From Eledone cirrhosa (lineage: Eukaryota): a stretch of DNA of 64,000 bases. A model generated the notes under the pieces. That model saw nothing but the letters and a program-made list of their open reading frames with translations. It ran no database searches and was not told the DNA's origin. This document shows positions 26,468-39,652 of the stretch, in pieces. Location of the stretch: NCBI GenBank assembly GCA_964016885.1, contig OZ024741.1, positions 376,154,001 to 376,218,000 on the forward strand. Direction: 5' to 3'. The translations under genes and the position numbers were made by a program. Within the stretch, counting starts at the first letter, position 1, and the number at the start of each line of letters is the position of its first letter.

Positions 26468-29237
26468 CATGCATTACCATTATTACGCGTGTATAAATCA
26501 GACCTTATTCCTTACGAAAGGAAGATTTATCTGATGGACCTACAAAATCTTAAACAATTTCATTAATATACATGGACGTAGGAAAACGCACACGCACACA
26601 CACACACGCATTTTGCACACGCAGGCTGATACACGCAGGAGCATACGCACATATGCATAAGCACAAGCACATATGCATATATATATGGTTTCACTTTACG
26701 GAACTATTGAGATGAGAGCATGAATCTGAAATTCAAAGTCTCAAAAGGTCCATTGCCTCATTGGGAAGAAGCACAGAGGCTCAAAAGTGAGATGAGGTGT
26801 GTGGTCTATGTGTGTTTTGCGTGATTTCCATCAGTTATAATGTTAATCTGCAATATAGATAAGCTGCCATTTAATATTTTTTCCTCAAAATGATTATGCA
26901 TGTGATAGTGACATATGGGAATTAATATAAAGTATAAGGGAACAAAATTTCCATTTCAAATTTCCCATAATTAGTTCTGCAACGGGCCATAGAAAAGTAG
27001 TTTGCAGGCCGCGTGTTATCTGAGGCAGACTAATATCTGATCGTAGGTATGTTTCCCTCTTTTGCACTTTAGACCATGAAAATAGCTAAGCCTTCAGAAT
27101 GGCTCCTTTTGAGAGCGGGAATATGTGTGTGCTGGTCTAAGACAGCAAAGTATATGTCTCTGTACAAATTGCCTTGTAGTATTTTTTCGGCGACAAATGC
27201 CGTCGAGGTTAGCATTGCTTTTCCTCCCTTTGAGCTTTATATAATTAAATAGCACTCCAGGGAGGTGATTGGGAATATTAGATATTGAATTAACATTTTT
27301 CAACATTGTTGATGGTAGAAGTTTTGACAACACAATTGATTTTTTTGTTATCAAACGCAGGAATATTTTTAAAGATGTAAGTTATATGATTTGTGAAGTG
27401 TATCGTCCATTGATAAAAAAGTCTAATTAAAAGTTAATTAGATATTTTCGTTTTTCAGTGTATAACATTTCGATCAAATCAAATTTTCCGCCCCCTTAAC
27501 CAAGAAACCCTATGCACTCATATATACATTTACATATATATTTTTGTATAAATATATTTGTGTATGTGTGAGTGTGTTTGTGTGTATGTGTATGTGAATG
27601 AAACATACAAAACACACATGTACACGCAACGATACACATAAATAGTGTGACATCAACCGCACATGCAAACACTCCTTGCATTTGTTGAGTATTTGTGCTA
27701 TTAAAATCAAAACAAAATAAAATAAATGATAGAGGCAATGCAAGGTTTTGTTGAAGTCTCTAGGCTTCATATGGATGAAGCATGTTTGCTGCCGATAAAG
27801 GAAGAATGGAGGGCTAAACCTGTGGCACATCAGAGTTAATAGTGAGTCGATCACAGAGACCGAACATAAAGTGGCAAATTCACAGTTGCTAAAGCGTAGG
27901 ACATGTTTCGTCGAATTTGTTTGGACGTTCTGCGTTCAAACCTTTCTTATGTCAAATTTACCTTTCATCCTATCAGGGTCGAACAAATAATGTATCCGTA
28001 CAGAGCGGTGGAATAGTGAAAATGCGGTCGCTGGTGCTAGCATTCGGTTTAGTTCTCCATTTTCAGGATATCTAAACCAAGCTAAGAGGAACTGGAAAAA
28101 TTATGGACATCCCACTTCTCTCATTGACTGTTAAAAATAAATTTCAAGTAATAAAAATTATAAAATTCACTATTCATATAGAATGCATATAATTAGTCTT
28201 TAACTTCAACGCTCTGAATCCAAATCACAACGACATTAATTTATGTTTCATCCATTCGAGGTTGATAAATAAAGAAACTACACCAATACTGCTAACACTC
28301 TTTATGCAGGCTATATCCAGGTTGTTAGCCATATCCACTATTTTACCTACGACTCTTCCTAAAATCCATTATGTTAACCCATAGAATTACATTTCCCCAA
28401 TGGATTTACTCACAAATTTAAACAGGTTTTACTTTACCTGCAAATTTCCCACAAAATTTACCCACCGTTTTTGCCCATAGTTTTGCCCTCAAATTCTTCT
28501 AGTTTATTGCGTAGCCGTTAATGTACCCGCCAATTTACCCAAATTTTACCCACCGTTTTATCTACAATTTATAATTTACTTATGAACTTACACACCATTT
28601 TACCTACAATTATGACCTACCTATAGATTTGCTCACCTTTTTACCTACGATGTATGATTTACATATCGATTTACCTATCTTGTTACCAACTGTATTACGA
28701 AAGCTACAACGTTTCATCTTATTGACTTGGGTATGTATATATACACAAAAGTACACAAGCGTATGTGTATACATACACTCAGAGGCACACACAAACAGAC
28801 AGGCAGACAAACAGACATATACACACACACAGACAAACACACACACAAACACACACACACACACGCACACACATATATATATATATATATATGTATAGGC
28901 AATCTCTGACTTATGAACGGGTTTCGTTCGATCAGGTCAGTTAATATTGATATAACTGAAATAGCTGTACGTATGGAATTGAAATGTTTTATCTACCTTA
29001 CTTACATGTTCTCTACTTCATAAGTAATAAATCTTATATGTATATTTGTTCAGACATCCACTTCTAATATAAGCCTGACTCCACCATATTGAAAATCTCT
29101 CTGTTAAACATCCTTCCACTGTGCTTATGTTATCCAATGTCTCATGAAACCTCTCACTTGCTACTGCATTGTCATTCGTACCCTATGCTATTTGGTTTAT
29201 AGCAAGTTATTTTTCTTTAAGCCATTAAATTATCCAT

Positions 29238-29743
29238 TCGGATTGGCAGTATCGGTAGAGCGTCGGACACTACGCTTTTTGGCATAGAGTTATGGCCCTT
29301 CACATTCTGAATTCAAATCCCACCGACGTTAGTTTTACCTTGTGCCTAAAATATAAACAATTATTACGGGGTCGATAAAATAAAGTACCAGTAATGTACT
29401 GGGATAATTGCTGGCCTTGTGCCAAAAAGTAGAAACAATTATTACGGGGTCGATGAATTGGCAGTATCGGTAGAGGGTTGGACGCCATGCTTTCTAGCAT
29501 AGTTACGTCCCTTTACAGTCTGAGTTCAAATCCCGCCGAGGTTAACTTTGCCTTTCATCCTTACGGGGTCTATAAAATAAAGTACCAGTAATCTACTGGT
29601 TAATTGCTGGCCTTGTGCCTAAAGTAGAAACAATTATCACGGGATCGATAAAATAAAGAACCAGTAATGCACTGGTGTTGATTTAATCGACTTTCCCCAC
29701 TTCCTTAATTGCTGGCCTTGTGCCTATAGTAGAAATGATTATT
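29238..29743 (+). mobile_element. Cluster of tRNA-derived SINEs (MetaSINE/OR-like)
   Basis: A-box-like TGGCAGTATCGG, B-box GAGTTCAAATCC, central gcctttcatccttacggggtcgataaaataaagtaccag, tail ggccttgtgcc...agaaacaattatt. Confidence 0.85.
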
Positions 29744-31563
29744 AGCTTGGAAGATATACTATTCTCCTTTCATTCCTTCAAACTTCGTAAATAATAAGAT
29801 GGAATTGTAAGTAGACTTATGGGTACACGGTATCTTATCCGGTTTTCCACCCGGAAATCAACAATTTCTAAATTTCATTTATAAATCTTTGCCACTTCAT
29901 TATTATCGTTGATTTAGTGGTGGCCGAACATTTTACTGCGTCAAAAAGGTTTTCCTTGTCTTTTATAAGTCTTTAATAATAATAGAGGTCAGTGAATGTG
30001 TCAACGGTAAGTCACATATAATAGTTTTTACTTTTTTCTTTGCTTCATCATGTTGGCTAATTATATTTATATTAATTTACAAATTAAGTGACTTCCCATG
30101 CATCTTGCCTTTCATGGTGTATTGGGAGATAGAAACATTTTTCCAATTATGCGACATCTCTGGTAGTAGTAGTAAATCTTAGAAGCTAGACAAGGAAATT
30201 AGTATATGTTTGTTGAAGTATAAATAATGCCTAGAGAATACGTGATGATGAGACTGTTCCAAGAAACGCATGAGCACGAATGCAGGAATATTGGAAATTA
30301 ACTGCTAAAGTATAACCGATGAAAAGAGAAAATATATATACATACAATTTATTCAATATTTCTAATTCATCTATCTGTTTCTGAGTTATTTGAAATCTTG
30401 ATCTGAAATACTGCGGATTGTTGAATAACATGCTGAGAATCATTACTGTTTATTAGAATTAAAATAAACAAGTTAAACCGATTTCCCTTGATATATTAGT
30501 TGAGCTAAATCAGTAATTATACACTGATAATTTATTTGGAAAATCTTTACCTATATTTAAGCGCTTAATGTGATTTTTAATTTAAGAGTTGAAAAATAAC
30601 TCAGAATCTTAATGAGATTAAGTTCCATTATATATTCCGAGAAATATAATTAAATATGTGGGGAACGGCACATAAAATTCTTCTAAAATTGAAAAGAATT
30701 AGAAGTTTTATGGTTACATTTCATACTTTCGCAAATTGAAAGTACGTTGTAGTATTTCGTCTTTTCACTAAAAACTCGTTTTTTTTGGAAGTATGTATAT
30801 CAATGGCGTATCATATAACCGGCGGTATGGGTATGTATTTATCGTTTTATGTTTTAATGGAAGTGAAGGAATATATTTCTGATTATTAAATGGAACACAA
30901 ATACCTTTTATTCAATAATCGGTGTATATTGGCTAAAACTACTCGACGAAAAAAAACAAAAAAAAAAAAACACTCCGAAACACTATACAACGATTAGCTT
31001 TATCGATCAAAGGTCTATTTAGAAATCATAAAGTGCATTGAAAGAAATATGGAGATAGATCGATATGATTCGATGATTTATTATTATTTTCTTCAATTTA
31101 CCAAACTCATACAAAGTTTAAAGGAGAATGCCAAAAAGCCTACACTAAGCAAATCCTAGTAAAATAGTTAATCTTGGAAGTTCTATGAAATCAAACTAAT
31201 GGAACCCATTCTTTTGCCGAGAGCAAGTCATACGTACAAGTGATTGGATTTCTCACGTTTGAGATTCTTTTCTGTAATTTCTTTTCAAACATTTTTTGTG
31301 AGTAAAAGAAATAAAAGAAATGAAAATATAAAAAGGAAATATCTTAATAATTTCGGACTGAGAAATGACATAAATATATTGAATAAAAACCGAACATATG
31401 TTGAAAGAAAAAAATAATGTGGAATGAAGAATTTTTGAAGGGAACATTTTGTATTTAGCCTAAGTGATGTTATGTAGCAGACGTTTATCATTTATTAAAT
31501 GGATTGTTGTCAAATATTGAAACATAAATCGCAATAGCTTCCAATATAAAAAAAACATATATG

Positions 31564-31614
<51 letters not shown>

Positions 31615-31627
31615 ATATATATATATA

Positions 31628-32261
31628 AAGGAAAATATCGCCCTACATGGCTGAATACAATAAATGTAATCTGAGTTTTTCGAATATTAATAATCGTTTC
31701 TACTTTTGGCACAAGGCCAGCAATTACCCGGTACATTACTGGTACTTTATTTTATCGACCCCGTAAGGATGAAAGGCAAAGTTAACCATGGCGGGATTTG
31801 AACTCAGACCATAAAGGGCTGTAACTCTTTGCTGCAAAGCATGGCGTCCGACCCACTACATTCGATTCGTTTGCAATTTCGATTCGTTTGCAATTATGCA
31901 AACAAGCCTCAATTTTATAACCATGTCATTAGAATGAACACTTCATTCTTGCTCTTGTGTTGGCATGTGAACAGAACTGCAGACACAAATGTTTCTGGGT
32001 ATCACCCTTCATCAGTACAGGTCACTCTTCACCTGCCAAACTGTCAGAGCTAGTGAAAATATATGCTATTTTCAAAAAAAAACACAGTGACTGATCGGCC
32101 TGATTTGCATATTAGCAGGCTGGCTGATCAGCTGTTCATATGCCAACACAAGAGCAAGAATGAAGTGTTCGTTCTAGTGACATGGCTATAAAATTTAGGG
32201 TTGTTTGCATAATTGCAAACGAATCGAATATTATCATTAATATTCGAAAAGCTCAGATTAC

Positions 32262-32265
<4 letters not shown>
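31628..32265. mobile_element. Non-coding fold-back element (family F) with a minus-strand HHR-like motif at 31984-32018, interrupted by a SINE
   Basis: The left arm (about 31655-31975, excluding the SINE) is inverted at 32130-32265; related copies at 34990-35540 and 54775-54960. Confidence 0.7.
31694..31862 (-). mobile_element. tRNA-derived SINE
   Basis: Reverse complement of the SINE at 29455-29640. Confidence 0.85.
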
Positions 32266-32337
<72 letters not shown>

Positions 32338-32339
<2 letters not shown>

Positions 32340-32522
32340 CGAAAGAAATGTGGTAAGGAACCAGGTGGACCATAACGCATCAAAGTACTCAATACTTAGG
32401 GTAGTAGAGTGGGTAATAGGAACAAGTAAGACCCCGACGGCTGAGCTCAAGCCGTTTCGACGGCTGATTCTGGAATTAGCCGTCGAAACGGCTTGAGCTC
32501 AGCCGTCGGGGTCTTACTTGTT

Positions 32523-32526
<4 letters not shown>
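32338..32526. mobile_element. Short fold-back of the 17352-19408 family pLTR end
   Basis: Arms about 32418-32470 and 32474-32526 plus an 80-bp tail; in (TA)n. Confidence 0.85.
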
Positions 32527-32600
<74 letters not shown>

Positions 32601-32601
<1 letters not shown>

Positions 32602-32676
32602 ACTTCTACAGGACTAGAACTGTTTCATTCGGTAGAAATCATCAGGAAAGCCCTGATGATTTCTATCGAATGAAAC
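32601..32676 (-). ncRNA. Hammerhead (32601-32650, minus) folded back on its own core
   Basis: Same family as 24000-24050; 32622-32646 is inverted at 32652-32676. Confidence 0.65.
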
Positions 32677-33235
32677 TCCTAGTAGTAGCAGCATCAGCAG
32701 TGATGGTGTTATATTTTTTCACACAGAACAAAATTGTTTTTAAGGAGAGGGAGATATTCTGTAAATATGTGTGTGTATCTAAATTGTGTTAATGGACAGT
32801 CCATTAACACAATTAAGATACCACCACTGCTGCTGCCGCTACTCCTGTGACTAGACCTTTCTCTATATACACAAGGTTTCATTTTTCCAGTCTCCTTCTC
32901 AACTAGGAAGATGAAAAAACGTGCCTTCAACACTTAATTAATTCTTTTTAATTGTAATATTCAACATTTGATAAGATGGATTTTACTAATACATCGATAT
33001 ACTTTATATACTTTATATACTTTATATACATTATAAAACTTCATTTTTAAAGAATCGTCCCTCTCATTTTTCGATTAATATCACTTCGACGACTCAAAGA
33101 AAAGAAAAACAGATCCTTAAATATATTTTCCGTGCTATTTCCAATTCCACCTTTTCTCTATAACCACTGTTTTGTATAGAACCTTACTTCCCTTTTCAAA
33201 TATATATGTATGTGTATATATATATATATATATAT

Positions 33236-33432
33236 AGGAAACGTTCAAGACGCCGACGGCAGAGCTCAATCCGTTTCGACGGCTATTTCTGAGTCCAGAA
33301 ATAGCCGTCGAAATGGCTTGAGCTCTGCCGCCGGAGTCTTGAACATTTTCCTATTACCCACTCTACTACCCTAAGTATGGAGTACTCTGGTGCGTTATGG
33401 TCCACCTGGTTCCTTACCACACTTCCTTCGTT
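33236..33432. mobile_element. Short fold-back of the 17352-19408 family pLTR end
   Basis: Arms about 33236-33290 and 33297-33353 plus tail. Confidence 0.8.
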
Positions 33433-33637
33433 ATATATATATAATGAATGAGTAATTTGTTTTGTTGATTATACAACAAAGTTAATTTACAACAGATTAG
33501 AAGCACTCAACGGTATATTTTCCGGAGTATCATTAATATCAATAATATTAATAAATGGAAAATATCTTTATAAAAGCATATTTTTTTTATTATACGTATT
33601 TCAGGGTACAAATATTTTAGTACGCTTTCGTCCGTAT

Positions 33638-33694
33638 TTTTATCTGACGAAAGCGTACTAAAATATTAGTACCCTTGAAATACGTATAATAAAA
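33638..33694 (+). ncRNA. Type I hammerhead ribozyme within fold-back 33443-33752
   Basis: TTTTAT/ATAAAA; CTGACGA; AAG..GTACTAA/TTAGTAC..CTT; GAAA; palindromic ATACGTAT; AUA. Confidence 0.83.
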
Positions 33695-34003
33695 TAAATA
33701 TGGTTTTTATAAAGATATTTTCCATTTATTAATATTATTGATATATTATTGATATATATATCGAATTAAAAAAATGGAGTTAAAGACACATTAATCCTCT
33801 ATAATTTAATGAGCTCAATCAATAGATTCTGACCTTTTTAAAAAACAGTATATAGAGAGAAATACACAAAGAGGTATGAGTTTAATAATAGGGGATAGAG
33901 AACCACCAGAGTCAAGAACATATTGTCTACGAAAAGAAAGGAGGGTAAAAATTAATTAAAAGAATAAATTAAAATATACAAACCATTCAATAATAAGCAT
34001 TAC

Positions 34004-34081
34004 ACCTGGACATGCTCTAATTAGAGTAAGTTTCGCTACAAAAAGTGTAGATTCCATATTGTAGAGGGCTCGTCGGCAGGT
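34004..34081 (-). ncRNA. Hammerhead-like motif, U4C variant, in fold-back 33762-34140
   Basis: ACCTG/CAGGT stem I; CCGACGA; GC...GC stem II; GAAA; stem III containing palindrome CTCTAATTAGAG; GUC. Confidence 0.62.
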
Positions 34082-34160
34082 CGACAACCATATAACACAT
34101 CCATTTTTGTGTATTTCTCTCTATATAATGTTTTACTGTTATATATATATATATATATAT

Positions 34161-34741
34161 ATCGTTTCTGAATTTGTTTAGCAAGATTCTTTATCTGAAA
34201 ACGTGCGTTGAAACCGATATTGTTATGCTTTGGGAGGGTCATGTTGCCAATAAGAAACACACGCACCAGTTGCTTTCACTTCAATTTATTATAAATTAAT
34301 TTTATAAATTTAGGAATTTATAAATTTCCGGTTAGTTGGTTGGCTGGTTCCACAACCAGACGATTGTTCATATATTGTCAAAGTTCTTTCGTCACACATT
34401 CTGTGACCTCTTCAATGACGTGGATTCTTTTCTTTGTTTTTGTGCCTCTTCTTTGTTCTGTCCTACACCATCTTGATGGCCTACGCCATCTTGATGGCAT
34501 AGGACAGAACAAAGGAGAGGGACAAAAACAAAGAAACGAATCTCCAGTCACTAAAGAGGTCACAGAATGTGTGACGAAAGAACTTTGACAATATATGAAC
34601 AATCGTCTGGTTGTGGAACCAGCCAACCAACCAACCGGAAATTTATAAATTCATAAATTTATAAATTTAATTTATAATAAATTGAAGTGAAATCAACTGG
34701 TGCGTGTATTTCTTATTGGCAACATGACCCTCCCAAAGCAT

Positions 34742-34748
<7 letters not shown>
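34161..34748. mobile_element. Fold-back of the Neptune-like pLTR (family of 6764-9862)
   Basis: 34161-34480 matches the minus strand of about 9553-9862; 34490-34748 is the plus copy. Confidence 0.85.
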
Positions 34749-34834
<86 letters not shown>

Positions 34835-35308
34835 GGTGTGTCTGTGTATGTGTGTGCGTGTATATATATCTATATATATATATATATTTATATACATATA
34901 CATTTATAAATGTATATATATATACATATATTTATATATATAAAGAGAAAGAACGAGAGGCTATTTTACTGACATTACTTAAAAGAGGCTACTTGCATAA
35001 TTGCAAACTAATCGAATATTATTATTAATATTCGAAAACATCAGATTGCATTTATTGCACTCAGCCATTTACAGCGATAACTATTCGTTAGCTATTTGAA
35101 TATGGCGAAGCCGCCATTAATCGCTCGTATACATGAATCTGACTGGCCTATCAGGTGATATGCAAATCTAGCTGATTAGTGGATCTGCTAATATGTAGAT
35201 CAGACTTATCAGCCAGTCTGTAATATGCAAATCAGGCCGATCAGTCTAACTATATTTTAGAAAATATATATTTTCACTAGCTCTGGCAGCTGGCAGTGAT
35301 CAGTAAAC

Positions 35309-35344
35309 TACACTGATGAAGGGTAATCACCCAGAAACGTTAGT
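35309..35344 (+). ncRNA. Minimal hammerhead-like motif (family F)
   Basis: CTGATGA-A-GGGT(AATC)ACCC-A-GAAACGTT; stem I eroded. Confidence 0.5.
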
Positions 35345-35480
35345 TTCTGCAGTTCTGTTTACATGCCAATACAAAAGCAAGAATGAGGGGCTCATTCTAC
35401 TGATATGGCTTAAAACTGACTGTTTGCATAATTGCAAACGAATGGAATATTATTATTAATCTTCGAAAAGCTCAGATTAC

Positions 35481-35526
<46 letters not shown>

Positions 35527-35536
35527 GTAATCTGAG

Positions 35537-35585
<49 letters not shown>

Positions 35586-35586
35586 A

Positions 35587-35623
<37 letters not shown>

Positions 35624-35690
35624 AATATATATATATATATATATATAAGAAAGTGTTCAAATTTGCTTAAAGCACTTTTAGGAATAATGA

Positions 35691-35766
35691 TATTGGTCGT
35701 TTTGGAAGCCTCAACAATGCAGATGCCTAAATCTCCGGGTAACAGAGAGAGAGAGAGCGAGAGAGA

Positions 35767-35851
<85 letters not shown>

Positions 35852-36353
35852 GTGTAAGAGGAAATGTAGAATGAGACGTTGAGGGTGTAGAGAAACGTAG
35901 GAAAGATGTAAAAATTAATAACAGGAGATAGTATTACCTTGGAAGTGATTTAATTGTCCCTATATTTCGGATTTCGCATCCATCAACTTGGGGCTCCGAG
36001 AGGAAAAAGCTTTTAGTCGACTAAATGCTTATTCCCCTCGCAAAACCCCCTGTTGATGGATGCGAAATCCGAAATATAGGGACAATTAAATCACTTCCAA
36101 GGTAACTCTATCTCGTGTTATTATTTTATCCCGCCGAGGTTGACCTTGCCTTTCATCCTTACGGGGTCGATAAAATAAAGTACCAGTAATGCACTGGGTA
36201 TTGCTGGCCTTGTGCCTAAAGTAGAGACAGTTATTATTTTTACACGTTTCCTACGTCCCTCTGCACACTCTACGTCTCATTCTATATTTCCTATTACACC
36301 CTTCTCTCATCACCACCAGATTTAGTTACCCGGAGGCTTCCAGAACGACCAAT
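35691..36353. mobile_element. Fold-back element with an HHR-like motif (36047-36081, +) and a SINE inserted at 36128-36237
   Basis: 35917-35987 is inverted at 36052-36125 and the outer arms also match; CCC-CTGTTGA-TGGA..TCC-GAAA-TATA-GGG. Confidence 0.7.
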
Positions 36354-37560
36354 TTTATGTATATATATATATTTGATATATTAGTTACACATCAGTGGTT
36401 CACTCCATTACGGCGCCGAGTATATGTGCTGCCATCATTTTTCTCTTGACGTAATTCAGTTGGCTTTCTTCAGTAGGTTATACCACAACTAATTCACTCA
36501 GGAGTTTTATTATTTGAATGAAATTGATGTAGTTATAGTGCGTTCTGTGCATCAACTGATGACATTAACGTGAAAGGTCCTGCTGTCAATGACTCTTAGG
36601 CACCTCTGGGATTAAGGCTCCTAAGAATCAATTTTCAATGAATTAAATGCACTTAAGATAACTAATAATTGTGTAAGAAAAATACAATAACCTTAGAATC
36701 GAATGTAAACTCCTATTCAAATGAATCCATAATTCTATTGGTAAAGGTTTGAACGCCAAATATTTTCTTTCTGTTTCCTGAATTACTCGTTACGTGTCCT
36801 CGACGAAGGCGATAAGAAATCTATTGTAACTTCTCTGAATCGCTATAATAGTCATAGTAAATTAATCCCAGAAACAAATTAGCTGTTTAGAATATAATGG
36901 TATATTATATCGAGGTCTTGCCTGTAACTTTTATAATTGTTACTGCTAATTAAGATTGCTAGTAATTTAATAGAGTAGAGAAACTGATGTACTAATTGCA
37001 GAACAGGCAAAGCTGATATCAGCGAGGTTTGGTACTAGAGAGCAATATAATGAATCTACAGTTATATATTCTCAAGAAAGGCGAAATTATCGGATGGGAA
37101 GTGTATTCGACTAACGATTAATGGATCTTCAATTTGTGTCCCTTTGTGTATGCGAAAAATCCACTTTCACACCTCACCTACCCATCGACACTAGGTAAAA
37201 ATCAAATATTATTATTCACTCACTTAAGACCTGAAATCGAATCTTAGTATTAATCCTTGGAGTGAATCATTGCTTTAAACACGATATTTTATTTTATTAA
37301 ACTGCTCAGTAATTTCTAATGATATTTTAACAATGGAACTAACTAGTTAACAACTAAGCTAAAAAGCTGCTTCCCACCAAATTCCGTTTTTCTAGATTTT
37401 ATACATGCTGCAAAAAATGTAAACAAAGCAGATGTCTAAAGAATTATTGTGAAAATTTGAAACGTATGCGGCTCAACGCAGACGCTTCTATCCAATTGTT
37501 TCCGTCACAAGGAGTACTTTAACGGATCAACTATAATGGCTATTTGCAATGGGTCACACA

Positions 37561-38870
37561 TTCTTCTTCTTCTTCTTCTTCTTCTTCTTCTTCTTCTTCT
37601 TGAGAGGATCGTGTCCTCAAACATTCCTTTCAGCGGGTCCTGTCAGAAGCAACCGTCTTTAACTGAACAGGCTGGATACCCAAGCGAGACCAGTCAAGCT
37701 CTTGGATATTATCCAATCACCTCACTCTGGGTCTACCCCTGGGTTTGCTGCCGGTTGGTTTAGCCTGTAAAATCTGTCCAGTGATTCTTTCCTGAGACGT
37801 TCAGGACGCATGCCCATAGTATAGGAGCTGTGATCTATCAATTCGGAGAAGTAGCGGCTCTACCTGGTGCGGCGCTGCGCTCTGATCTCCGAGCTGCGTA
37901 CTCTAACGAGTAACGTTACGCCAAAGTCCATTCGGAGTAAACACATCCCGGCCGCTTCTATTCTCGATCGTATTCCTTTGGTCAACACCCAAGGTTCATG
38001 ACCTTAGGTAAGGGTTGGCAGCAATACCGAATTGAAGATAGCGAGTTTCGCTTTTACGCCTACCCGCTTCTTCTGATTATTGAATGCTGAAGCTTGCGCA
38101 TTACTGCACCAGCTCCTGCAATTCTCTCACTTAATTCAGCCTCCTGCCCTCCATCACTCGTGAACATGACCCCGAGATACGTAACCCTCTCTTCCTGCTT
38201 CAATGGAACTTCCTTAAGAGGACGAGTGTCGCAGTTTTCGTCGCACTGATTTTCTTTCCAGCTATGTAGCACTCGGCATCAAACCTATCGAGTGCACATT
38301 GGTGGTCACTTCCTATTAAGTTAAGTAATTCCAGCAGACTGATTTTACACTCACCAGTCATGATACCATTTCCAACCCAGCTGTGCATGTCAATCCTGTT
38401 TCTCTAAATAATGGTTTCTTATATAGGCACAAGGCCAGCAATTTTGGGGGTGCGGAAAGTCGATTAAAACGACCCCAGTACATTACTGGTACTTTATTTT
38501 ATCGACCCCGTAAGGATGAAAGGCAAAGTTAACCTCGGAGGGATTTGAACTCAGATCATAAAGGGCCGTAACTCTATGCTGCAAAGATAATGAACAGGAG
38601 AGATGACAGTACGCAGTCGTGGTGGAGTCCGACTCCTACATTGAATGGTTTCGATGTATCACCATTTACCCGAACGCAAATACTTGGGCATTCGTATAGA
38701 GACAATATGGCAGCAAGAAGCTAACCATCGATCCCATAGTCCTGCAGAAACTTCCAAGGCAGATCGCGAGGAACATGGTTATACGCATTTCGTTCTTGGC
38801 AATACTCCTCTGATTTCTCGAAGACCTGTCACAGCGTGAATATTTAGTCGGCTGTGCTGCGTCCGCAGTG
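37561..38870 (-). mobile_element. Degenerate RTE-clade LINE 3' portion with (AAG)n tail, interrupted by a SINE
   Basis: QCALDRF..EC...G.KIS..KT, VTYLGVMFTSDG.Q.AE...RI..A.AVM, LPTLT.GHE.WV motifs. Confidence 0.78.
38408..38585 (-). mobile_element. tRNA-derived SINE
   Basis: Same consensus as 29455. Confidence 0.85.
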
Positions 38871-38928
38871 AAAACCTCATACTTTCATTTTCAAATTTTC
38901 TCATTGCTTCTTAAGTCAACCCATTTAG

Positions 38929-38998
<70 letters not shown>

Positions 38999-39045
38999 AT
39001 ACACACACCCACACACACACACACACACACATACACACACCCACA

Positions 39046-39086
<41 letters not shown>

Positions 39087-39390
39087 ACACACACTCACAT
39101 GTATATATATATATACAATCATGCACAGATGTACACTCAGACCCAATCTGACATATATATATGCGTACAGTCACATACTGTGGTGCAACATACACATGCA
39201 TGCAATCGCAATTACACCCACATATACATTCACATAACTATATAATCATGCAGAGAATGGGAGAAGAAATATTTATGAGTGAGATTCCAAATGTTGAATC
39301 GAATATGGTTAGAATATATATCACATTTTTTAATGCATATCAATGATGAATATTTGCACGCACACATACACTCATGTTAGTACAAACACA

Positions 39391-39431
<41 letters not shown>

Positions 39432-39606
39432 ATATGCATGTGTATATATACATACATACATATATATATATGCATGTGTTTGTACGAATACGAGTGTATG
39501 TGTGTGCGTGCAAGTATTCATCACACAAACACACGCGCATAAGTACACATACGCACTGACACGCACACATATATGAACGCACGAAAACACACACACACAC
39601 ACACAA

Positions 39607-39652
<46 letters not shown>

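Noticed and set aside
28380-28700. Degenerate ttaccc-rich repeats as telomeric or CRISPR-like array
   Set aside because: Irregular low-complexity minisatellite with no fixed repeat-spacer pattern and no clean TTAGGG units
29238-29330. tRNA gene
   Set aside because: The A/B boxes belong to a multi-copy SINE head; no cloverleaf
29800-30443. Possible host exon or pseudogene (70-aa ORF, gtaagt donor-like sites)
   Set aside because: No recognisable protein family and no consistent exon frame; a homology search is needed
36556-36590. CTGATGA...GAAA hammerhead-like spacing
   Set aside because: No convincing stem I, stem III or NUH site
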